This document shows, piece by piece, positions 8,649 through 17,126 of a stretch of 50,198 nucleotides of DNA. The notes beneath the pieces are model-generated. The model was not told where the DNA came from, searched no databases, and worked only from the letters and a program-made list of their open reading frames with translations. Position numbers and translations under genes: made by a program. Origin of the DNA: an uncultured Bacillales bacterium (GTDB taxonomy: Bacteria > Bacillota_I > Bacilli_A > RF39 > UBA660); assembly GCA_947306705.1 (NCBI GenBank), contig CAMZHD010000002.1, positions 1-50,198 of the forward strand, read 5' to 3'. The stretch's first letter is position 1, and each line of letters begins with the position of its first letter.

Positions 8649-9545
8649 ATGGATAAATCAGTAAGAATCATTCGTTCCATAATATTAATATTAATCTTAT
8701 TACTGATATTTTTCTATTTAGATAATATGGATAATCCAAAACCTCTAAAGAAAGATATCAATGAAGATGAAATATACTTTAAAATAGATTTTATTGATGT
8801 GGGACAAGCTGATTGTATCCTAGTTTCTTGTAATGGTAAGAATATGTTAGTAGATGCAGGAAATAATGAAGATGGTTATAAAATTGTACAGTATCTACAA
8901 AATCAAAAAATTAAAGAATTTGACTATATAATCGCTACACACGCTCATGAAGACCATATAGGTGGTATAGACAATGTTATGAAGAATTTTTCCTGGAAAC
9001 ACCTTTATATGCCCTCTACAGTGGTAGACAATATGACATATAAAGATATTACCAATCTATTAGAAAAAGAAAATAGAATTTTTGAGACTCCAAAGATAGG
9101 AGATACATTTACATTGGGAAACGCAATGATTACCGTTTTATCCATTAAAAATGATTTAGAAAATATAAATGATAATTCTATTGTTTTAAGAATCGTCTAT
9201 AAAAACACATCTTATTTACTAACAGGAGACGCTACAACAAGCATAGAAAAAGAATTATTAGAAAAAGAAATACAAAGTGATGTATTAAAAGTATCTCATC
9301 ATGGATCCTATGACGCGAATAGTTCTCAGTTCTTATACAAAGTACATCCAAGATATGCTATCATAACAGCAGAGAAAGAAAATGAATATGGATTTCCAAA
9401 AGAAGGAGTACTCAATCGATTAGAAAAAATAGGGGCAATCATCTATCGAACAGATCTAGATGGTACAATCCATTTAGTATCCGATGGAGAAGCCATTCAA
9501 ATAACAACAGAACATACTGATACCAATGAAATAGAAAAGAGGTGA
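8649..9545 (+). CDS. Membrane-anchored MBL-fold metallo-hydrolase (ComEC C-terminal-domain-like)
   Basis: N-terminal TM segment. Motifs DVGQADC, ATHAHEDHIGG and SHHGS are typical of the ComEC/Rec2-related beta-lactamase fold. Confidence 0.75.
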   Translation: MDKSVRIIRSIILILILLLIFFYLDNMDNPKPLKKDINEDEIYFKIDFIDVGQADCILVSCNGKNMLVDAGNNEDGYKIVQYLQNQKIKEFDYIIATHAHEDHIGGIDNVMKNFSWKHLYMPSTVVDNMTYKDITNLLEKENRIFETPKIGDTFTLGNAMITVLSIKNDLENINDNSIVLRIVYKNTSYLLTGDATTSIEKELLEKEIQSDVLKVSHHGSYDANSSQFLYKVHPRYAIITAEKENEYGFPKEGVLNRLEKIGAIIYRTDLDGTIHLVSDGEAIQITTEHTDTNEIEKR

Positions 9546-9549
9546 TTTC

Positions 9550-10740
9550 ATGGAAGTCACAGTAGAAAAACTAGATAATTTTGGAAGAGGAATTACTTAT
9601 ATCAACGATAAAATATGTTTTATTGAGAATGCTCTTCCAAAAGAAGTAGTAGATATAAAAATAATAGAGGATAAGAAAAAGTATTGTATTGGAAAAGTAA
9701 TAGAATATATTGAAACCTCTCCAAATCGAATAGAAGAAGAATGTCCATATTCTACCGTATGTGGAGGATGCCAATTAAATCATATTTGTTTTAATGATGA
9801 AAATAAGTTTAAAAAAGATAAAGTAAAATCTCTTCTAAAGAAGATGGGTCATATAGAAACATCTATCTCATCTATTAAATATCATGAAAGAAATCATTAT
9901 AGAAATAAAATTATATTACATGGAAAAGATCATGAATTAGGATTATACAAAAAAGAAACAAATGAAATTATTCCGATACAAAGTTGTTTATTAGTAAATG
10001 ATAAAATTAATGAAATTATCAATCAAATCAGGATGTGTAACGATGATATAGAAGAATGTATTATTAAAACATCCAATGATAACTCATCTGTATTAGTCTC
10101 TATTAAAGGAAGCATCCATCATCAAGAAGAATTAAAGAAGATTATTGATGTATTAGAAATCAACGGAAAGATACTTACAGATAAGAAATCAATTATCACA
10201 ACTATCGGAAATAAAAAGTATTATGAAAGTACACAATCATTCTTTCAAGTAAATAATACTTTAACAAAAGAATTATACGACTGTGTACTAGAAGAAGTAA
10301 AAAAGAAGCATTATAAGAATGCATTAGATTTATACTGTGGTACTGGTACGATAGGAATCTATATCAGTGACTATGTAGATAAAATCATTGGAATTGATAA
10401 TAATCCATCTAATATCAAAGATGCTAACAAAAATAAAGAATTAAATCACCGTGAGAATATCAGTTTTATAGAAGATTCTGTAGAAAACAAAATAGATTCT
10501 TTTCATGATATTGAATTGATCATTGTTGATCCTCCTCGTACAGGACTAGATTCCAAAACTATTGAATATTTATTAAAAATAAATCCTGTAAAAATAATAT
10601 ATGTTTCTTGTGATCCAGTAACTCTATCACGTGATTTAGACTTATTACAATCCAATTACAATATTCAATCCATCCAATTATTCAACATGTTTCCAAGAAC
10701 ATATCATTGTGAAAGTATCACAGTACTCGAGAGGAGATAA
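9550..10740 (+). CDS. 23S rRNA (uracil-5-)-methyltransferase, RumA/TrmA family, with TRAM domain
   Basis: N-terminal TRAM-like domain, Fe-S Cys cluster including CGGCQ, SAM-MTase motifs DLYCGTGT, DPPRTG, SCDP and FPRTYHCE. Confidence 0.85.
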   Translation: MEVTVEKLDNFGRGITYINDKICFIENALPKEVVDIKIIEDKKKYCIGKVIEYIETSPNRIEEECPYSTVCGGCQLNHICFNDENKFKKDKVKSLLKKMGHIETSISSIKYHERNHYRNKIILHGKDHELGLYKKETNEIIPIQSCLLVNDKINEIINQIRMCNDDIEECIIKTSNDNSSVLVSIKGSIHHQEELKKIIDVLEINGKILTDKKSIITTIGNKKYYESTQSFFQVNNTLTKELYDCVLEEVKKKHYKNALDLYCGTGTIGIYISDYVDKIIGIDNNPSNIKDANKNKELNHRENISFIEDSVENKIDSFHDIELIIVDPPRTGLDSKTIEYLLKINPVKIIYVSCDPVTLSRDLDLLQSNYNIQSIQLFNMFPRTYHCESITVLERR

Positions 10741-10743
10741 AAG

Positions 10744-11412
10744 ATGAAAGATATCAATCCAAAATTAAAGAAATATATAGAGAAAAATATATTTCCAAAA
10801 TATGATAAATTCTATTCACATGGAATGATACATATTAATAATGTTATTGATAATATGTTAATGCTCGCAGATTATTATGATTTGGATTGTAATATGGCAT
10901 ATACAATAGCAAGCTATCATGATTCTGGTTTAGGCATAGACCGCGAAAATCATGAATATGAATCGGGTAAAATATTAATAAATGATCAGGAATTAAAAAA
11001 ACATTTTAGTGAAGAACAATTAATTACAATGAAGGAAGCTATAGAAGATCATAGAGGCTCTAGAAAAACAAGACCAAGGAATTTTTATGGAGAGTGTGTA
11101 TCTGATTCTGATAGAGATTTTGATATAAAACTATTAGTTAAAAGGCAAATATCAACTTCAATAAAACATTATCCTAATTATAACTTTGAAGAGCATTTTG
11201 ATAATTGTTATAGCTATATGTGTAAAAGATTGAATGATAATGGAAAATTTAATCTTTGGACTAATAATCCTATATTAGTTGAAAGAAGAGATAGATTTCA
11301 AAAGGAATATTTAAATAAAAAATATGCAAAATCTATATACAAAAAAGAATGGGATAAGATAAAAAAAGATGGAACATATGAAAAAATAATAAATTACTAT
11401 GAAGATTATTAA
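10744..11412 (+). CDS. HD-domain phosphohydrolase family protein, 222 aa
   Basis: H...HD...D pattern (SHGMIH, SYHDSG, EDHR). Confidence 0.6.
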   Translation: MKDINPKLKKYIEKNIFPKYDKFYSHGMIHINNVIDNMLMLADYYDLDCNMAYTIASYHDSGLGIDRENHEYESGKILINDQELKKHFSEEQLITMKEAIEDHRGSRKTRPRNFYGECVSDSDRDFDIKLLVKRQISTSIKHYPNYNFEEHFDNCYSYMCKRLNDNGKFNLWTNNPILVERRDRFQKEYLNKKYAKSIYKKEWDKIKKDGTYEKIINYYEDY

Positions 11413-11416
11413 TAAG

Positions 11417-11505
11417 TATCACTTATTCCCAATACGCAAACAACTAAACTTGTACTGGGAAACATGTTCTATGGACCTAGAACGAAGTTAAGTGATATGT
11501 TTTTC
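11417..11505 (+). other. Candidate structured RNA (three-way junction) or complex terminator in the HD-HD intergenic region
   Basis: Closing stem TATCACTTA (11417-11425) / TAAGTGATA (11489-11497). It encloses hairpins CCCA...TGGG and GTTCTA-TGGACC-TAGAAC, and T5 follows immediately. Confidence 0.3.
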
Positions 11506-11557
11506 GATCCAGGGCAAGGCACCGCGAGAGTGTCTGTATATTAAGAGGAGATGAAAT

Positions 11558-12352
11558 ATGATAGACTTACAAAAAGCAAGAATAGCATTTAAGGAATATA
11601 TAAGTAATTATGATAATCAGAATGATCCAGGATTCAATTTAAAAGTAGTTCATACATATCATGTAGTTGACAATGCTAATATGATTGCAAAAAAATTAGA
11701 ATTATCGGAAGAAGATACAAAACTAGCAGAATTAATAGGATTATTACATGATATTGGAAGATTTGATGAATTGAAAAATTTAAAAACATTTGATAGTATA
11801 GGAAATGACCATGCTATGTTTGCATCAAAATTATTATTTGAAGAAGGACTTATAACTAAATTAATTGATACAGATAAATACAATCATATTATTAAAAAAG
11901 CAATTGAAAATCACAATAAAAAACAAATAGAAGAAGGATTATCAGATGAAGAATTATTTTATGCTAAAATTATTAGAGATGCAGATAAACTAGATAATTA
12001 TAGAGTAAAGCAAAAAGAAAAAATAGAAGATTTATTTCCAGGTATAGTAAATAGCAAAGAAGAATTAGAAAACAGTCTCATTTCTGATAATGTGTATAAT
12101 GCAGTAATGAGAGAAGAATGCGTAGACATAAAAGATAGAAAGTATCCATTAGATTATTGGGTATGTGTTCTTGCGTTTACATTTGATCTTTATTTTAAAG
12201 AAACACTATTAATAGTAAAAGAAAAAAATTATATAGATATTTTAATTGATAGACTAAATTATAATACTAGTAAAGATAAAATGAATGATATAAGAAATGT
12301 ATTAAAGAATTTTATTGAAAAAAGATTAAATGATGAAAGAATTGATGTGTAA
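11558..12352 (+). CDS. HD-domain phosphohydrolase family protein, 264 aa
   Basis: HTYHV...LLHDIGRF...DADKLD pattern. AGAGGAG SD. Confidence 0.65.
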   Translation: MIDLQKARIAFKEYISNYDNQNDPGFNLKVVHTYHVVDNANMIAKKLELSEEDTKLAELIGLLHDIGRFDELKNLKTFDSIGNDHAMFASKLLFEEGLITKLIDTDKYNHIIKKAIENHNKKQIEEGLSDEELFYAKIIRDADKLDNYRVKQKEKIEDLFPGIVNSKEELENSLISDNVYNAVMREECVDIKDRKYPLDYWVCVLAFTFDLYFKETLLIVKEKNYIDILIDRLNYNTSKDKMNDIRNVLKNFIEKRLNDERIDV

Positions 12353-12368
12353 ATGAAAGGAGATAATT

Positions 12369-13118
12369 ATGAATAAAGAATTATATGATATGATCTTTAA
12401 AAGAAAATCCTTTCATTTGTTTAGAAATATAGGAAATGATCATATTACAGAAGACGAATTAAATGATATTGAGAAAGAGTTCTTGAAATTAAAACCTTTA
12501 GTAAAAGATATAAAAGTACAAATAAAAATAGTAAAGAAAGAGTCTATACTAAGAGGCCAAGAATATTGCATATTATTCTATTCAGAAAAGAAAGATAATT
12601 ATCTACAAAATATTGGGTATATAGGAGAACAATTAGATCTATATTTAGTCTCTAAAAATATTGGTACACTATGGTTTGGAATTGGAAAACCAGAAGAAGA
12701 GCAATTAGATGGATTGGATTTTGTGATTATGATGGCAATTTCTAAAGTCGATTCACCTGAAAAATTTAGAAAAGATATGTATAAAAGCAAGAGAAAAGAA
12801 TTATCAGAAATTTGGAAAGGGGAATCCTATCAAGAAATAGGAAATATAGTGAGATTTGCTCCTAGCGCCTGTAATACCCAACCATGGAAAGTAGAAGCAA
12901 CAAAGAAAGAAATAAAAGTATATAGGTATCGTAAAGAAGGCAAAAGAGGAATCATGCCTAAAGATAAGGTTATTTATTATAATCAAATTGATATTGGGAT
13001 ATTTATATGTTTCTTAGAATTATGTTTAGATCATAATAAGATTGATTATAAAAGAGAATTATATAATGAAGAAAATCATGAAAAAGAAAATAATTTAACA
13101 GCAATCTATAAAATATGA
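12369..13118 (+). CDS. Nitroreductase-fold family protein
   Basis: RKSFHLF near the N-terminus and FAPSACNTQPW, typical of the nitroreductase superfamily. Confidence 0.65.
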   Translation: MNKELYDMIFKRKSFHLFRNIGNDHITEDELNDIEKEFLKLKPLVKDIKVQIKIVKKESILRGQEYCILFYSEKKDNYLQNIGYIGEQLDLYLVSKNIGTLWFGIGKPEEEQLDGLDFVIMMAISKVDSPEKFRKDMYKSKRKELSEIWKGESYQEIGNIVRFAPSACNTQPWKVEATKKEIKVYRYRKEGKRGIMPKDKVIYYNQIDIGIFICFLELCLDHNKIDYKRELYNEENHEKENNLTAIYKI

Positions 13119-14036
13119 ATGCAAATAATTAAGAAAGGAAAGAAAAATATGAAAAATAAATTTGCAATTATTGAAATTGGTAGTTATAATACAAAAACTC
13201 ATGTATATGAAAAAAATAAACTATTATATGAGAATAATGCTACAATTAAATTTAAATCAAACTATAAAGAAAATAATAAAATATTAGAAGATGATTTAAA
13301 AATACTAAATAAAGAAATAGAAAAAGCATTAGAGTATACAGATAATGTTCATATATATGGATGTAGTATTTTTAGAAATATTTCTAAGGAAGAACTAAAG
13401 GAAATTAATGACTCAATCTATGAGAAATATAAATTAAAGATAGAGGTTGTATCGCAAGAAGATGAAGCAAAATATACAGCATTAGGATGCTATTCTAAAA
13501 TTGACTATTCGGGGAATATTTGCGTATTTATTGGTGGAGGAGGTTCCATAGAATTAATCTTTGTAAATAATAAAAAGGTAATTGAAAAACATTTCTATAA
13601 CTTCGGAGTAGTAGATGTTACAAACAAATTTGAAAGTTTAAAAGACGATATACCAACCTGTACGTTTGATGAAGTATATAAGTATGTAGATAGCCTAATA
13701 AATGATATAAAATCAAAAGCAGATGTATTAATCCTAGCAGGAGGAGATCACTTCTATTGGTATAATAATGCGGGATACAAGTTGTTAAAAAATACACTAT
13801 ACAAAAATGAAAAACAACAGTATATGATTACAAAAGAATTAAGTGATCAATATGATAGAGATGCATTAGTAACATCACTAGAAAGAATTAAAAATAATAG
13901 CGATAATCCAAATTGGTTTGATGGATCTAGAGCTATGAAAGTAATTACAAACTTGATATCAAATAAAATTGATGCTAAATACATTATTCCAACTAGAATT
14001 AATATGGAAGATGGAATAAAAGATACATTAGAATAA
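13119..14036 (+). CDS. Short Ppx/GppA-type (ASKHA-fold) phosphatase family protein
   Basis: FAIIEIGSYNTK (phosphate-1 motif) and IGGGGSIEL (DIGGGS-like). An alternative start at ATG 13149 is possible. Confidence 0.55.
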   Translation: MQIIKKGKKNMKNKFAIIEIGSYNTKTHVYEKNKLLYENNATIKFKSNYKENNKILEDDLKILNKEIEKALEYTDNVHIYGCSIFRNISKEELKEINDSIYEKYKLKIEVVSQEDEAKYTALGCYSKIDYSGNICVFIGGGGSIELIFVNNKKVIEKHFYNFGVVDVTNKFESLKDDIPTCTFDEVYKYVDSLINDIKSKADVLILAGGDHFYWYNNAGYKLLKNTLYKNEKQQYMITKELSDQYDRDALVTSLERIKNNSDNPNWFDGSRAMKVITNLISNKIDAKYIIPTRINMEDGIKDTLE

Positions 14037-14107
14037 AGAATTATCAAATAATATATTACATGTATTTAAAATATCGTTTAAGATGAATTAAAAGAATATA
14101 ATAATAT

Positions 14108-14145
14108 AAGAACTCACTGTTTTAGCTTTGAGTTCTTTTATTTAT
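14108..14145 (+). terminator. Rho-independent terminator
   Basis: AAGAACTCA / TGAGTTCTT stem, 12-nt loop, T-rich tail. Confidence 0.65.
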
Positions 14146-14189
14146 AAAGTTTTTAGAATAAAATTTTTACAAAAAACATCATGAAAATG

Positions 14190-14219
14190 TTGTTCAAATT
14201 AGGCGGTTAGTGATATACT
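14190..14219 (+). promoter_or_regulatory. Candidate promoter of the SipW/TasA-like operon
   Basis: TTGTTC (14190-14195), 18-nt spacer, extended -10 TGaTATACT (14211-14219). Confidence 0.5.
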
Positions 14220-14286
14220 TAAATAGTAAAGTAGAATAGTGAGAAGATATCTTTACAACAAACGTTAGAATAAGGGAGGTGAAACA

Positions 14287-14832
14287 ATGAAAGGAGATAA
14301 AAAGATTCTAGCAGTAGCAATTTTAGTACTATTACTAACAGTATGTTTTGGTACTTACGCTATTTATAGAGCATCAGGAAGTGCAACTGGTACAGTTAAA
14401 GCAGCTGCTTGGTCAGTTAAAGTAGATGGAACTGATATTGCATCAGCAAATTATACATTTACTGCTGCCAATATTACATGGACAACATTAACTGGTTACA
14501 ACGATACAATTGCACCAGGTTCTGCAGGATATATTGAAATTCCAGTGGATGCTGATGGATCAGAAGTAGATGTAATTCTTACTGCTGAGTTAGGTTCTGT
14601 AACTGTTCCAAATGGAATGACTGTTGCTTTAGCAGAAGGTGCTGGTTCTCAAACAATTGGTTATTCAGCTACTGAAGGACAAATGGAAAAGAAAGTTAGA
14701 ATCAATATAGCATGGGCTGGTGCAGAATCAGATGATGCTGCAAAAGATGGTACTGATTTAGCTGCTCAAGGTTCTACAATTAGTATTCCAGTTACATTAA
14801 CAGCTAAACAATCATTAGTAGATCATCACTAA
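14287..14832 (+). CDS. TasA/camelysin-like secreted protein with SipW-type signal peptide (putative major fibre subunit)
   Basis: Very strong SD (AAGGGAGGTGA). N-terminus is basic, then hydrophobic, then GTYAIYRASGSATG. Ala/Gly/Thr/Ser-rich mature part. C-terminal W..G...DD...D....G....P..L.A.Q signature resembles TasA/CalY. Codon use differs from neighbours (GGT, GCT, ACT, GTT, TCT). Confidence 0.65.
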   Translation: MKGDKKILAVAILVLLLTVCFGTYAIYRASGSATGTVKAAAWSVKVDGTDIASANYTFTAANITWTTLTGYNDTIAPGSAGYIEIPVDADGSEVDVILTAELGSVTVPNGMTVALAEGAGSQTIGYSATEGQMEKKVRINIAWAGAESDDAAKDGTDLAAQGSTISIPVTLTAKQSLVDHH

Positions 14833-14940
14833 TAATAAGAAATAATATCGTAAAGAGTAATACATATTATTCTTTCGATTAAAGTTTATAAAGGGTTTTG
14901 TAAATTTTAAACGGGAGAATAATTTTTAGGAAGTGAAAAA

Positions 14941-16143
14941 ATGAAGAAACAAGATAATAAAGATAAAAATCAAAAAAGAGATAGAATTATTCAAATCATA
15001 TTAATAATCATAATAATATTATTGCTATTACATAATTGTTCTTTAGTGAAAAATAGAAACAAAGATGAAAATGGTAAAGTAAATATTATTGATATAACAA
15101 GTAATGATAAATGTGAGCAAGATGAAGTAATAGATTGTTTAGAGAATGAAGATAACAGTAAATGTATTGTTCCTGATTTTGTAGGAAAAGATAAGAAAGA
15201 TGTTTTAAAATGGCTTAGTTCTCTATCAAATACAATTGAATTAGAAATTGTAGTAGTAGAACAATCTGATGCGAAAGATGGAACGGTTGTAGATCAAACA
15301 CTAATTGGTTCAAAAGTAAAAGATTTAATTAAGAATAAGAAAAAATTAGTCATTACAATCGTAAATAATGGATCATTAGTAGATTGTGAAAAAGATAGTC
15401 AAAATAGTCAATGCAAATTACCTAACTTTGTAGGAGAAAAAGAAGAAGACGTAGTAAATTGGATGGATGTTCTTGCAAATCATATTAAAGTTAAATATGT
15501 ATATATGGATTCTAAAGAACCAGCTGGAACCATCATTAACCAATCAATCAGCGCTGGAAAAAATGTAAAAGATATTCTATCAGAAGATTTAACATTAATT
15601 ATTTATCTATCAAGAGGAAAAAAAGGGAATCCATCTACAGATGGTTCTATTCCTAGTAAACCATCAGAGCCAGATTCTGGTGAAGAGGAACCAATAACAG
15701 AAGATGACTTCTATGTAAATGATAAAGAAGTAGTAAAATGGGAAGATGAATCTAGTGTTAAAATATTTGAAGATTCAACTCATATTGCGAAAGTAAGAGG
15801 AAAGATTGCTCCTGAAAGTAGCGGTACATATAAGTTTACCGTAAACAATGGAACAAAATATAATTTAAAATATAAGATTACATTTACTGAAACCAATAAC
15901 AACAATATGAATATGAAATTTAAGTTAAAAAAGGGAGATACCTATTTAATAGATCATTACGTATCCTATAACGAGTTAAACATTGAAAATATGACATTAA
16001 ATGTTCAATCATCTGAAGATTATTATCTAGAATGGAAATGGGTAGGAGATAATGATACAAACGATACAACGATAGGTAATAAAGCTCAAAATACAGATAT
16101 AGAATATAATCTAGCAATTAAAGTAGAGGCAGAGAGTATATAA
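14941..16143 (+). CDS. Membrane-anchored protein with two PASTA domains and a C-terminal TasA-like domain
   Basis: N-terminal TM (IIQIILIIIIILLLL). PASTA-like units at 15163-15372 (VPDFVGKDKKDV...DGTVVDQ...LVITIVNNG) and 15412-15618 (LPNFVGEKEEDV...AGTIINQS...LIIYLSRG). C-terminus has GTYKFTVNNG...YYLEWKWVGDNDTNDT...LAIKVEAES. Confidence 0.65.
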   Translation: MKKQDNKDKNQKRDRIIQIILIIIIILLLLHNCSLVKNRNKDENGKVNIIDITSNDKCEQDEVIDCLENEDNSKCIVPDFVGKDKKDVLKWLSSLSNTIELEIVVVEQSDAKDGTVVDQTLIGSKVKDLIKNKKKLVITIVNNGSLVDCEKDSQNSQCKLPNFVGEKEEDVVNWMDVLANHIKVKYVYMDSKEPAGTIINQSISAGKNVKDILSEDLTLIIYLSRGKKGNPSTDGSIPSKPSEPDSGEEEPITEDDFYVNDKEVVKWEDESSVKIFEDSTHIAKVRGKIAPESSGTYKFTVNNGTKYNLKYKITFTETNNNNMNMKFKLKKGDTYLIDHYVSYNELNIENMTLNVQSSEDYYLEWKWVGDNDTNDTTIGNKAQNTDIEYNLAIKVEAESI

Positions 16144-16592
16144 TGGGTAAGATACTAAGAATATCATTCGACATTATATTAATCGCAATCATAATTCTAT
16201 TAAGTTTCTATTTTCTCCTAAGATTTATGGGAAAGGCAGAAATATATGAAGTAAAAACAGGTTCCATGGAAGATGGAATACATGCTGGAGATTATATTTT
16301 AATTGTAAAGAAAAAAGAATATAAAGTAGGAGATGTAGTAACTTATAAAAAAGATGGATATCACATCACACATAGAATCATTGAAAAAAATGGAGAAAAA
16401 GTTATTACAAAAGGAGATGCTAACAATGTTAGCGATGAAGAAATGGATGCATCAAAAATCGTAGGAAAAGTAATCATCCATGGAGGAATATTAAATATTC
16501 TAATAGATTTTAAATTTGTAATAGCAAGTGGGTTATTTGGAATATATTTACTTACTTGTTACTTTGAAAAGAAAGAAGAAAAAGAAAAATAA
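16143..16592 (+). CDS. sipW: Signal peptidase I, archaeal/ER type (SipW-like)
   Basis: N-terminal TM, catalytic-Ser box KTGSMED, GDVVTY, His box ITHRII, KGDANN. The start overlaps the upstream stop (TAATG). Confidence 0.8.
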   Translation: MGKILRISFDIILIAIIILLSFYFLLRFMGKAEIYEVKTGSMEDGIHAGDYILIVKKKEYKVGDVVTYKKDGYHITHRIIEKNGEKVITKGDANNVSDEEMDASKIVGKVIIHGGILNILIDFKFVIASGLFGIYLLTCYFEKKEEKEK

Positions 16593-16614
16593 TAATAAAG
16601 AAAGGAGTATTACT

Positions 16615-17088
16615 ATGAAGAAAATTATTTTTAAATCATTCTTATTAGTATCAGGAGTGGTACTTCTTTCATCTGTAGTACTTACTTTCGCTATTATGAG
16701 AATAAGAGGGAACAGTACTGGATCCATTAAAGCATCAACATGGAGTGTAACAAGAAACTATAGTCAACCAGGAGATTCAATAGAAATCTATAAAGAGGGA
16801 GAAACTGATAGTTATACTTTAACGGTAGAAAGTGCATCAGAGGTAGATGTTAAATACAAAATAATTATTTCGAATCTGCCAACTGGAGTAGAAGTAGATC
16901 TTGATAACACTGGATATGAATCACCAACAAACGGTTCTCTAACCATAGAAAAAACGAATATGATCATTAATTATAATGATTCAGTAAAAACAAAAACACA
17001 TACAATAACTTTTAGAGCGACGAATGCAGCGTCCCCTATAGCAAATCAAGAAATAAATATTGATGTAGAATTTAGACAAGATATTTAA
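16615..17088 (+). CDS. Second TasA/camelysin-like secreted protein with SipW-type signal peptide, 157 aa
   Basis: ATG 16615 with AAAGGAG SD; the track start at 16528 overlaps sipW in another frame. N-terminal motif LTFAIMRIRGNSTGSIKASTWSV parallels the 14287 gene. Confidence 0.65.
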   Translation: MKKIIFKSFLLVSGVVLLSSVVLTFAIMRIRGNSTGSIKASTWSVTRNYSQPGDSIEIYKEGETDSYTLTVESASEVDVKYKIIISNLPTGVEVDLDNTGYESPTNGSLTIEKTNMIINYNDSVKTKTHTITFRATNAASPIANQEINIDVEFRQDI

Positions 17089-17126
17089 TAATTATTAATA
17101 ATAGAGAAAGGAAGTGAAGTATAAAT

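Noticed and set aside
11511-11530. T-box riboswitch ahead of the second HD gene, suggested by GGCAAGGCACCGCGAG.
   Set aside because: The match is only partial, with an insertion relative to GGTGGTACCGCG. There is no Stem I or specifier architecture and no downstream terminator, and the downstream gene is not related to amino-acid metabolism.
16528-16614. Track start of the second TasA-like gene inside sipW.
   Set aside because: It is in a different frame overlapping the sipW 3' end, translates as a Lys/Asn run, and has no SD. ATG 16615 has AAAGGAG and yields a proper signal peptide.
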